In this document: piece by piece, positions 35,997-43,870 of the stretch
Layout of the letters: every line of letters begins with the position of its first letter
Numbering within the stretch: position 1 is the first letter of the stretch
Source of the DNA: Thermoanaerobaculia bacterium
GTDB lineage: Bacteria; Acidobacteriota; Thermoanaerobaculia; UBA5066; Gp7-AA6
NCBI GenBank assembly: GCA_036493875.1
Contig: DASXPB010000039.1
Location: 25,313 to 89,312 of the forward strand
Length of the DNA: 64,000 bases
Reading direction: 5' to 3'
Made by a program: the position numbers and the translations under genes
The notes under the pieces: generated by a model
What the model was told of the DNA's origin: nothing
The model's database searches: none
The model's input: the letters and a program-made list of their open reading frames with translations, nothing else

Positions 35997-37037
35997 ATGA
36001 AACGAGGCGGCCACATCCTTCCCCGCGGGTTGGTGCCCGTCGTGTTCTTCGGCGCGTTGCTGCTCTACGCGGCGTGGCCCTGGCTGCCGTTCGGACGGAC
36101 CGCCGCGACGCCGTCGATCGTCTTCTACGGCTTCAGCATCCTCGGCGACGTGATGAACAAGGGCGTCTTCCCGGCGTTCCGGCAGCGCTGGGCCGCCGAG
36201 GGACACGGCGACGTCGCGTTCCGCAGCTCCTTCGCGGGCTCCGGCACGATCACCAACCAGATCGTGCTCGGCGCGCCGGCGGAGCTCGCGCTGCTCTCGT
36301 TGGAGAGCGATGCGGACCGGTTGGCGGCGGCGGGCGTGATTCCCGCCGACAGCTGGAAACGCCTGCCCGAGGGCGGCGTCGTGAACCGGACTCCGTTCGT
36401 GATCTTCGTTCGCACGGGCAACCCCCTCGGGATCGCCGACTTCGCGGACCTGACGCGTGACGGAGTCCGCGTCGTCCATCCGGACCCGCTGACCTCGGGA
36501 GGCGCGAACTGGGCCATCGTCGCCGAGTACGGCGCGGGATACCGCGAGGCAGGAGGCGACGCCTCTGCCGGCGAGGCGCTGCTCGCGGGCGTGTGGAACA
36601 ACGTGGCGGCCCAGGCCGCCTCGGCGCGTGCCGCGCGCACCCAGTTCGAGAACGGGTTCGGAGACGCGCTCATCACCTACGAGCAGGAGGCGGTCTACGA
36701 CAAGGGCCGGGGCCGCCTGAAGGCCGACGTCGTGATCCCCCGGCGCACCATCCTCTCGGAGCACACGCTCGTCGTCATCGACCGCAACATCCCGAAGAAG
36801 GACCGCGCGCTGGTCGAGCGGTTCACACAATTCCTCTGGACCGAGGAGGCGCAGCGGATCTTCGTGAAGTACGGTTTCCGAAGCGTGCGCGACGACCTGA
36901 ACGCCGGGCATCCCGAATTCGGGACGATCGAGGATCCGTTTCGGATCGCGGACTTCGGCGGCTGGCGGCGCGCGAAGAAGGAGATCGTCGAGGACGTCTG
37001 GAAGCGGCGCGTCATGAAGATCCCCGCGAAGAAATGA
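35997..37037 (+). CDS. Sulfate/thiosulfate ABC transporter substrate-binding protein
   Basis: Sbp/CysP-like sequence (GSGTITNQIVLGAPAELALLSLESD, VHPDPLTSGGANWAI). Confidence 0.9.
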   Translation: MKRGGHILPRGLVPVVFFGALLLYAAWPWLPFGRTAATPSIVFYGFSILGDVMNKGVFPAFRQRWAAEGHGDVAFRSSFAGSGTITNQIVLGAPAELALLSLESDADRLAAAGVIPADSWKRLPEGGVVNRTPFVIFVRTGNPLGIADFADLTRDGVRVVHPDPLTSGGANWAIVAEYGAGYREAGGDASAGEALLAGVWNNVAAQAASARAARTQFENGFGDALITYEQEAVYDKGRGRLKADVVIPRRTILSEHTLVVIDRNIPKKDRALVERFTQFLWTEEAQRIFVKYGFRSVRDDLNAGHPEFGTIEDPFRIADFGGWRRAKKEIVEDVWKRRVMKIPAKK

Positions 37038-37861
37038 GTAGCCGCGCCGACGCCAACGCCGTTCAGCGGGCCGGAAGACGCGCCGCCGTGCCGGCGAGCC
37101 TGGTCGTGCTCTTCCTCCTGCCGCTCATCCTGATGCCGCTCGCGGCGGTCTTCCTGTTCGCGTTTCGCGGCGGGCCCATCGCCTTCTGGAACGCGCTGAA
37201 GACCCCCGAGGCGCAGTTCGCGCTCCGGTTCTCGCTTCTGGTGGCGTTCGCGACGGCCCTCGTCAACTCGGTGCTCGGCACCTTCACGGCCTACGTCCTG
37301 TCGCGCTACCGCTTCCGCGGGCAGCGCATTCTCGGCATCATCGTCAACCTGCCGGTCGCGATCCCGACCGTCGTGGTCGGCACCTCGCTCCTGCTCCTCT
37401 GGGGGCCGATCGGCCTCCTGGGCCGGTCGCTGCCGCCGGGGCTTCAGCCCATGTTCGCGCCCGCCGGGGTCCTGCTCGCGCACCTCTTCGTGACGTTCCC
37501 GTACATGCTCGGCGCGGTCAAGCCGGTCCTGGACGAGCTCGAGGAGACCTACGAGGAGGCGGCCTACACGATCGGCGCGACGACCTGGCAGACTTTCCGC
37601 TTCGTCATCCTGCCGACCCTCAAGGGCGGCCTCTTCGCCGGTGCGCTCCTGACGTTCGCGCACTCGCTCGGGGAGTTCGGCGCGACGGTGATGGTGTCGG
37701 GGAACCTGCGCCTGAAGACGCAGACCGCGCCGCTGTACATCTTTGCGCAGTTCGAGGCGGGCAACATCGAGGCGGCCAACGCCGTCGCCGCGGTTCTCGC
37801 GCTGCTGTCGTTCTTCATCTTCTTCGTCCTGCTCCGCTACACGGGGCGCGAGAGCGACTAG
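37034..37861 (+). CDS. Sulfate ABC transporter permease (CysT/CysW type); only one permease gene is present
   Basis: ATGA overlap with the binding-protein gene. EAA loop EEAAYTIGATTWQTFRFVILP. Confidence 0.9.
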   Translation: MSSRADANAVQRAGRRAAVPASLVVLFLLPLILMPLAAVFLFAFRGGPIAFWNALKTPEAQFALRFSLLVAFATALVNSVLGTFTAYVLSRYRFRGQRILGIIVNLPVAIPTVVVGTSLLLLWGPIGLLGRSLPPGLQPMFAPAGVLLAHLFVTFPYMLGAVKPVLDELEETYEEAAYTIGATTWQTFRFVILPTLKGGLFAGALLTFAHSLGEFGATVMVSGNLRLKTQTAPLYIFAQFEAGNIEAANAVAAVLALLSFFIFFVLLRYTGRESD

Positions 37862-37870
37862 CGGTCGAGT

Positions 37871-39730
37871 ATGTCGATCACGCTCGAGAACGTCACGAAG
37901 CGCTACGGCAGCGGCCAGGTGGTCGTCGATCGCGTCTCGCTCGAGGTGCAGACCGGCGAGCTCTTCGTCCTGCTCGGCGCGTCGGGCAGCGGCAAGAGCA
38001 CGATCCTTCGCATGGTCGCCGGGCTCGCCGCTCCCGACGAGGGACTCATCCGTTTCGCAGACCGCGACGTCACGCGTGTGCCGCCGCAGAAGCGCGACGT
38101 CGGGCTCGTGTTCCAGAACTACTCGATCTTCCGGCACATGACCGTCGGCGAGAACATCGAGTTCGGGCTCCGCATCCGGGGCGCTCCGGGCGCCGAGCGC
38201 GAGCATCGCCGCGAGGAGCTCCTCGAGCTGGTCGGGCTCGGCGGGCTCGCGGCGCGCTACGACAGCCAGCTCTCCGGGGGTCAACGCCAGAGGGTCGCCC
38301 TCGCGCGCGCGCTCGCGTACAAGCCCGGCGTCCTCCTGCTCGACGAGCCGTTCGGCGCGCTCGACGTCAAGATCCGCTCGCAGCTTCGCCAGAACCTGAA
38401 GGAAATCCAAAAGAGCCTGGGCGTGACGACGGTCCTCGTCACCCACGACCAGGAGGAGGCGTTCGAGCTCGGCCAGCGCATCGGCGTCATGGAACGAGGC
38501 CGGCTGCTCGAGGTCAACACGCCGGAGAAGCTCTACGCGGCGCCGCGCTCGCTTTTCGTCGCGACCTTCCTCGGGGGCGGCACGATCCTCGTCGGCCGCT
38601 GCCGGGACCACAAGGTCGCCCTGGGGAACCTGAGCCTCCCGATCCCTGCCGACGTTCCTCACGACGAAGGAGACCGCGTGCGCGTGCTGATCCGGCCCGA
38701 GCAGGTCCGGCTGACCGCGGAGCCTCCGGGGCAGGGAGCCGTTCTGGGGCAGGGCGAGGTGATCGAGCAGAACTTCTCGGGTGCGACGCGCCGCACGCGC
38801 GTTCGTCTCCCGCCGCTTCCGGGCGTGCGCCAGGTCGTCCCCTCGCTGCCGTTCGGAGAGGAGAACCCGGTGCTCGAAGCCGTCGTGCCCGCCCACGATC
38901 CGCCGACGCCGCCCGTGCCGTGGGTCACGCTCGAAGCCTGGCACATCCTCCGTCAGCCGACTCCGCGGCTCCTGGTCTGCGACGAGGGCGAGGGAATTGC
39001 TCCAGCGCTCGAGCTCGCGAAGCCCCTCGTCGACGCGCTCGACGCGATCCCGACGGTTCTCGGCGTCTCGCCGGACGCCCGCCGGCAGGACGCGTTGCGC
39101 GAGGCGCTGGCCGAGCGCGCCACGGCCGCCGGTCTCGAACAGCCCGCGATCCGCGTGCGGCGCGGCGACCTCGCCGAGCAGATCGCGCTCGAGGAGCGGG
39201 AGGCGCCCTACGACTTCGTGATCGTCGGGGCGGGCGATTCCGATCCTCGCCCCGCGCTGCGCCGGACGAACCTGTCCGACGAGCTGCTTCCGCGGATCAC
39301 GACGCCTCTGCTGCTCGTGCGCGGGCGCCCGCGGCGCCTCGAGCGCATCCTGATCTGCACCGCCGTCGGCGAGCCTGGCAAGGCGGACATCCGCGCCGGG
39401 GGCTGGCTCGCGCGCCGGCTCAACGCGACGGTGACGCTCCTCCACGTCACGATTCCCGGCCGCACCATGCCGGCGCTCGTCCACGCTCACCTGACGCGCG
39501 GCGTCGCCACGCTGCGCGAGCTCGAGGTCAAGGGAAAGGCGTCGCTGCGCGAGGCCGCGACTCCGCTCGAGGGGATCCTCGCCGAGCTCAGGAGCGAGCC
39601 GTACGACCTCGTCGTCACCGGCGCGCCTCCCCCGTTCGCCCGCGTTCCGATCCGCGGCTTCTCGGTCACGCAGTCGATCGTGAGCCAGGCGGGATGCTCG
39701 ATCCTCGTCGTTCCGACGGGAACGTGGTGA
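37871..39730 (+). CDS. cysA: Sulfate ABC transporter ATP-binding protein fused to two C-terminal universal-stress-protein (USP) domains
   Basis: Walker A GASGSGKST, LSGGQRQRVALARAL and Walker B LLLDEP. The C-terminal approx. 254 aa (nt 38966-39727) form two USP-like halves (YDFVIVGAG...PLLLVRG and YDLVVTGAP...CSILVVP). Confidence 0.85.
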   Translation: MSITLENVTKRYGSGQVVVDRVSLEVQTGELFVLLGASGSGKSTILRMVAGLAAPDEGLIRFADRDVTRVPPQKRDVGLVFQNYSIFRHMTVGENIEFGLRIRGAPGAEREHRREELLELVGLGGLAARYDSQLSGGQRQRVALARALAYKPGVLLLDEPFGALDVKIRSQLRQNLKEIQKSLGVTTVLVTHDQEEAFELGQRIGVMERGRLLEVNTPEKLYAAPRSLFVATFLGGGTILVGRCRDHKVALGNLSLPIPADVPHDEGDRVRVLIRPEQVRLTAEPPGQGAVLGQGEVIEQNFSGATRRTRVRLPPLPGVRQVVPSLPFGEENPVLEAVVPAHDPPTPPVPWVTLEAWHILRQPTPRLLVCDEGEGIAPALELAKPLVDALDAIPTVLGVSPDARRQDALREALAERATAAGLEQPAIRVRRGDLAEQIALEEREAPYDFVIVGAGDSDPRPALRRTNLSDELLPRITTPLLLVRGRPRRLERILICTAVGEPGKADIRAGGWLARRLNATVTLLHVTIPGRTMPALVHAHLTRGVATLRELEVKGKASLREAATPLEGILAELRSEPYDLVVTGAPPPFARVPIRGFSVTQSIVSQAGCSILVVPTGTW

Positions 39731-39735
39731 GAGAA

Positions 39736-39829
39736 GATTCGTGATTCCCAGATTCGCAGATTCGTGATTGAGCTCACGAATCGCTATCGAGCCGACATCA
39801 CGAATCCACGAATCACGAATTGCGAATCG
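39736..39829. repeat. Lower-GC palindromic element built from GATTCGT / ACGAATC 7-8-mers, between convergent genes
   Basis: The left half GATTCGTGATTCCCAGATTCGCAGATTCGTGATTG is mirrored by ATCACGAATCCACGAATCACGAATTGCGAATCG. Central stem TTCGTGA/TCACGAA. Confidence 0.7.
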
Positions 39830-39833
39830 ATCG

Positions 39834-42014
39834 TCAGGGATACAGCTCGCGGTAGCTCTCCGCGTAGAGCAGCACCCGTCTCACATAGTCTCGCGTCTCG
39901 TAGAGCGGGATCGACTCGAAGAGCTCGTCCTCGGGCTTGCCGGGGCTCTCCCGGACGAGGCGCGCGATCCGGGTCGGACCGCCGTTGTAGGCCGCGAGCG
40001 CGAGCACGGGGGAATTGCCGAACTGATCCAGCAGACGGCGCAGGTAGGCCGCGCCGAGCTGCGCGTTGACGCCCGGATCGTAGAGGAACGCCCGGCGGTA
40101 GCGCTGCCGGAGCACGGACTTCGCGAGGCTCTTCGCGGTCGCCGGCATCAGCTGGGTGAGCCCCATCGCGCCGGCCCGGGACTTCGCGGTCGCGTCGAAC
40201 ACGCTCTCCTGCCGCACCAGGCCTCGCAGGATGCCGGTGTCGAGATCGAACTCCCTCGCGCGCGCGGCGAGGAAGCCGCCCTCCTCGATCGGGTAGTAGA
40301 GGCGCCGCCACGCGTCCGGGACCCGGCCCTCCTCGGCGGTGCCGATCTCGGGGAGCGCGCGCTTGATCGCCGCGGCCGCGGAGAGGAAGCGGCCGAGAGC
40401 GAAGTCGGACTGCGCGAGACGCAGGTCCCGTCCGCGCGAGGACGGGAGGGCGCGGCCCTCGGCGGACGCCTCCTCGAAGAGCCGGAGCCGCAGGAGCTCG
40501 TCGACGCGCGCGAACGCGGCCGTCGCCGTCGAGGGATCGGCGAGGGCCGGTCCCTCCTTCGCGGGGGGTCCCGGCGCGTACGCGCGCGCGAAGCGGGCGT
40601 AGAGGTCGGGGGTCGACGCCTGCGTCAGCGTCGCGAAGACCTCGTGCGCCTCCTTCGTGTGGCCCTCGGCCGCGAGGCAACGCGCGCGCCAGTAGAGGAG
40701 GCGGCGGGACCGCGAGACCTCGTCGTAGAGCGGCGTGATCGCGTCGAAGCGGGCGCGCGCCTCGGCGTAGTCGCCGACCGCATAGCGGCCCCAGGCCAGC
40801 CTCCAGAGCGACTCGAAGCCGTCCGAAGCTCCCGGTACGAGGCGGTCGATCTCGCGCGCGTGCCCGAGCGCCGCGTCGAAGCGGTCGGCATCGGCGTCCA
40901 GGCGAAGGAGTCGGGCGTGCGCATCGCGGCGCACGGTCGCGGGAGCGTCGGCATCGGTCAAGGCTTCGAGCGCTCGGCGCACGGGCTCGAAGCGCGGGGA
41001 GTCCGTGTCGCCCGCCTGGCCGCTCTTCCCACGCAGCCGCGCGAGCACGCGGTCGCAGCGGAAGAGACGCGCCTCGTACGCCGAGGGCAGCCCATCGTCG
41101 GGGACGCGCGCGGCGGTCGCCTCCGCGTCCTTCTCCTTGCGCAGGGCGAGCTGCCCGCGGGCGAGCGCGAGAAGGTTCGTTCCCCGCTCGGCCGCCGGCC
41201 AGGACTCCGGCCGATCGCGCGCCAGCAGAACGGTCCCGCGATGCGCATCTCCGGCGGCCACGAGCGCGCGCCCCCGCGCGGCGCGTTCCGCGGCAGTGAG
41301 TCCCGCCTCGGCCTGTTTGGCGGCGGCCTTTGCCGCCGGCGGCGCCGACTTCGACGCATCGAAGGTGGGCGCCTTGAGGATCAGATCGTGCGCGGCGCTC
41401 CGCACGGAGGCCGCATCGCCCGCGAGCGTGCCCAGGCGAATGCGCTCGAAGGCGACCTCGGCGATCTCCGACTGGGTCTTCGCGGACGCGGCGGCCTGCG
41501 CCAGCACGCGGAGCGCGACGCCCGTCTCCCGCGTCTTCTCGAGAAGCCCCGCCAGCGTCATACCCGCGTGCAGGCGGAAAGCGAAGGGGCCGTCCCACGC
41601 GAAGGCGGACCGGGCCGCCGCGATCGCCTCGGGCACCGCCCGCGCCCGCTCGAGTGAACGGGCCCGCAGGAGGAGCCGATAGGGCTCGAGCCCGATCGGC
41701 GCCGCGGACACGTCATGCAGCCGCGCCGCCGCGCCCGCATCGTCGCCGCGCCGCGCGTCGTCGGCCGCGAGGAGCAGCGCGACGCGGGCGTCCCATGCGG
41801 GCCGCTGCGCGCTCTTGCGGATCGTCTCGAGGATCGCCTCCGCCTCCACGCGCTTGCCTTCCTCCAACAGATCCGCGGCCCGTGCGAACTCGGCGTCGTA
41901 GTCCGCCGAGACCTCGAGCTTGCCCAGATCCGCGGCCGCGGGACCAGCCGCGAGGAAGAGGGCGAGGGCCCACGCCCACGGGAAGCCGCGGCGCCGGCGG
42001 CTCACGCGGAGCAT
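39834..42014 (-). CDS. Soluble lytic murein transglycosylase (Slt70-like: superhelical N-domain plus SLT domain)
   Basis: Signal peptide, a long Ala/Arg-rich helical repeat region, and a C-terminal SLT motif ESVFDATAKSRAGAMGLTQLMPATA...AYNGG. Confidence 0.85.
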   Translation of the reverse strand: MLRVSRRRRGFPWAWALALFLAAGPAAADLGKLEVSADYDAEFARAADLLEEGKRVEAEAILETIRKSAQRPAWDARVALLLAADDARRGDDAGAAARLHDVSAAPIGLEPYRLLLRARSLERARAVPEAIAAARSAFAWDGPFAFRLHAGMTLAGLLEKTRETGVALRVLAQAAASAKTQSEIAEVAFERIRLGTLAGDAASVRSAAHDLILKAPTFDASKSAPPAAKAAAKQAEAGLTAAERAARGRALVAAGDAHRGTVLLARDRPESWPAAERGTNLLALARGQLALRKEKDAEATAARVPDDGLPSAYEARLFRCDRVLARLRGKSGQAGDTDSPRFEPVRRALEALTDADAPATVRRDAHARLLRLDADADRFDAALGHAREIDRLVPGASDGFESLWRLAWGRYAVGDYAEARARFDAITPLYDEVSRSRRLLYWRARCLAAEGHTKEAHEVFATLTQASTPDLYARFARAYAPGPPAKEGPALADPSTATAAFARVDELLRLRLFEEASAEGRALPSSRGRDLRLAQSDFALGRFLSAAAAIKRALPEIGTAEEGRVPDAWRRLYYPIEEGGFLAARAREFDLDTGILRGLVRQESVFDATAKSRAGAMGLTQLMPATAKSLAKSVLRQRYRRAFLYDPGVNAQLGAAYLRRLLDQFGNSPVLALAAYNGGPTRIARLVRESPGKPEDELFESIPLYETRDYVRRVLLYAESYRELYP

Positions 42015-42087
42015 GCGAGCGACCCGCCCGAACAGAAAGAAGAGGCCCGGGATCGGAGAGACGACGGAGGGGACGATCCGGGAACGA

Positions 42088-43419
42088 TCAGAGACCCAGG
42101 GCCTCGGCCCGCCCCTCCGCCAGGATGCGAACCAGCTCCTCGTAGAAGAAGTTGCTGGAGCCGCGGACGTCCTCGGGAATCCGATCGTTGTACATCTGCC
42201 GGCTGCGATCGATGTCTTCCTTCAGCCGCGCGTAGAGGTTCCCGCCCTCGCGTCCCTCGAGGACGGCGCGCTCGTTGTAGAGCTTGATCTCGGAGACCAG
42301 CAGCCGGGCGAACCGGCGGGCCTCCTCGCGGCGCTCGTCCCCCGTCCCAACGGCCAGCGGTCCGGTCAGACGCCGCGACTCGAACGCGAGGCCGCTGGCG
42401 GCTCCGCCTCCACTTCCGCCCCCGGTCGAATCGAGCGAGAGCGCGCCGGCGGAGGGCGGCGGAGTCGGCCGGATGGGTCTCCACTCGGGGCTCGGCTCGG
42501 TTGCGGGCTTCTCGCGATCCTCGGAGTCCTCGTGGCCCTGACCACGGCCGCGCTCCGATTCGGAGACGCTCGGAGGAGCCATCTCGTCGGCCGGTACCTC
42601 CGCGGGCTCCGACGCCTCCGCCGCCTCCTCCACGCCGGCCGCCGAATCGTTCATCCACATCCCGGCCGGCTCGGCCTTCTTGATCGCCTCGAGCACCTTG
42701 AGCGCGGGAGCGGGCTTGAGCTTGCGCGACGCGAGGCGGTCGACGGCGAGCCCGGTGATGTAAGTCAGGAGACCGAGGGCTTCCGGATCGAAGCGGTTCT
42801 CCTCGCCGAGCACGCAGTCGGCGTAGAGGGTGCCCGAGATCTTCTCGCGCACCACCATCGGAATGACCACCGCCTCGGCCACACGATTCGCCTTGAGCAG
42901 AGTGCTGATCTCGTTCGCGCTGGTCAGCCGGAACGCCGTGCCGCCCATGACCCTCGCGAGCAGCCCGCCCTCGCTCTGCGGCAGCGCGATGCGCCGGACC
43001 GTCTCGTCGTCGCCGCCGTGCTCCGAGAAGCCGGCCGCCTTCCACGCCCCAATCGTTCCTCCGCGCGCGACCAGCAGCGCGGCGCGGGAGCAGAAGCGGC
43101 GGCACTCGTCGAGGAAGCGGTGGAGGACGTCGACCTGCGAGCCGGCCAGATCGAGCGCGCGCACCGAGGCGGCGGAGACGAATCCCTTGGGCGGACCCGG
43201 GGCCTTCTCCCCCGTCGGACTCAGAAGCTCTCCCGGCACGACGCCCTTGAGGTCCTGGTCGAAGCGCTCCAGGAAGCCGAACCACCGGCGGTCGCTCTCG
43301 AGCCGCAGACGGTCGAACTCTTCCCTCAGGGCGGCGAACCGCTCCGAGAGACGCCGTTCGATTTCGGTTTCGAGGAGACGAAGGCGATCCTCCGCCTCAG
43401 AATCGGCCATGAGTTCCAT
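42088..43419 (-). CDS. Hypothetical protein: coiled coil, GAF-like domain, acidic linker and a conserved C-terminal helical domain
   Basis: Start at ATG 43419 or 43410. The C-terminal ARRFARLLVSEIKLYNE...LYARLKEDIDRSRQMY looks conserved. No confident family name. Confidence 0.6.
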   Translation of the reverse strand: MELMADSEAEDRLRLLETEIERRLSERFAALREEFDRLRLESDRRWFGFLERFDQDLKGVVPGELLSPTGEKAPGPPKGFVSAASVRALDLAGSQVDVLHRFLDECRRFCSRAALLVARGGTIGAWKAAGFSEHGGDDETVRRIALPQSEGGLLARVMGGTAFRLTSANEISTLLKANRVAEAVVIPMVVREKISGTLYADCVLGEENRFDPEALGLLTYITGLAVDRLASRKLKPAPALKVLEAIKKAEPAGMWMNDSAAGVEEAAEASEPAEVPADEMAPPSVSESERGRGQGHEDSEDREKPATEPSPEWRPIRPTPPPSAGALSLDSTGGGSGGGAASGLAFESRRLTGPLAVGTGDERREEARRFARLLVSEIKLYNERAVLEGREGGNLYARLKEDIDRSRQMYNDRIPEDVRGSSNFFYEELVRILAEGRAEALGL

Positions 43420-43592
43420 TATCGGGGGTGTCGCCCGAGACGTAAAGCATTCTGGTTTCAGCCTTCCGCGCTCGGACGCCGTTCCCGGCCCGGAGTGCAA
43501 ACCGGAATGACTCCGGGTCGCACATTCCGCCGAATTCTTAACGTCTGTCTCGTCTTAAGGGATTGTGATCATTGAAGATACGCTCGAAAGCG

Positions 43593-43621
43593 TTGACACT
43601 CGCCGGGCCGATCTCTAAGAT
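43593..43621 (+). promoter_or_regulatory. Sigma-70-type promoter for rpsU
   Basis: TTGACA, a 17-nt spacer, then TAAGAT, 42 nt upstream of the rpsU GTG. An A/T-richer stretch lies upstream. Confidence 0.6.
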
Positions 43622-43663
43622 GTCATGCTCTCTGGAAAGCTACGGGTAAGGGGGTGAGTCTCA

Positions 43664-43870
43664 GTGCCATTGGTCCACGTGAAGGAAGACGAATCCTTCG
43701 AAAACGCCATGCGGCGTTTCAAACGCAAGTGCGAGAAATCCGGAATCCTTTCCGAGCTGAAGAAGAGACAGCACTACGAGAAACCGAGCGCGAAGCGCAA
43801 GCGCAAGATGATTCAGGCTCGCAAGAAGATGCTTCGGAAGCTCTCGGAGGAGAAGCGGGCGACCCCGTAA
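43664..43870 (+). CDS. rpsU: 30S ribosomal protein S21
   Basis: [48 protein letters not shown]... is a full-length S21. GTG start with AAGGGGGTGA upstream. Confidence 0.95.
   Translation: MPLVHVKEDESFENAMRRFKRKCEKSGILSELKKRQHYEKPSAKRKRKMIQARKKMLRKLSEEKRATP

Noticed and set aside
36695-39490. 931-aa minus-strand ORF antisense to the sulfate ABC transporter genes
   Set aside because: Low-complexity Arg/Glu/Asp/Pro-rich translation. It fully overlaps three plus-strand genes that have Walker, EAA and binding-protein motifs.
39768-41657. 629-aa plus-strand and 604-aa minus-strand (39784-41598) ORFs overlapping the lytic transglycosylase gene
   Set aside because: Both are Arg/Gly/Pro-rich. The third frame (39834-42014, minus strand) carries the SLT catalytic motif and a signal peptide.
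43654-43870. Taking GTG 43654 as the mutS2 start, as in the ORF track
   Set aside because: It would bury the entire rpsU gene inside mutS2 in another frame. The encoded 70 aa ([22 protein letters not shown]...) look like off-frame S21 sequence rather than a MutS2 N-terminus. It is kept as an open question in the findings.
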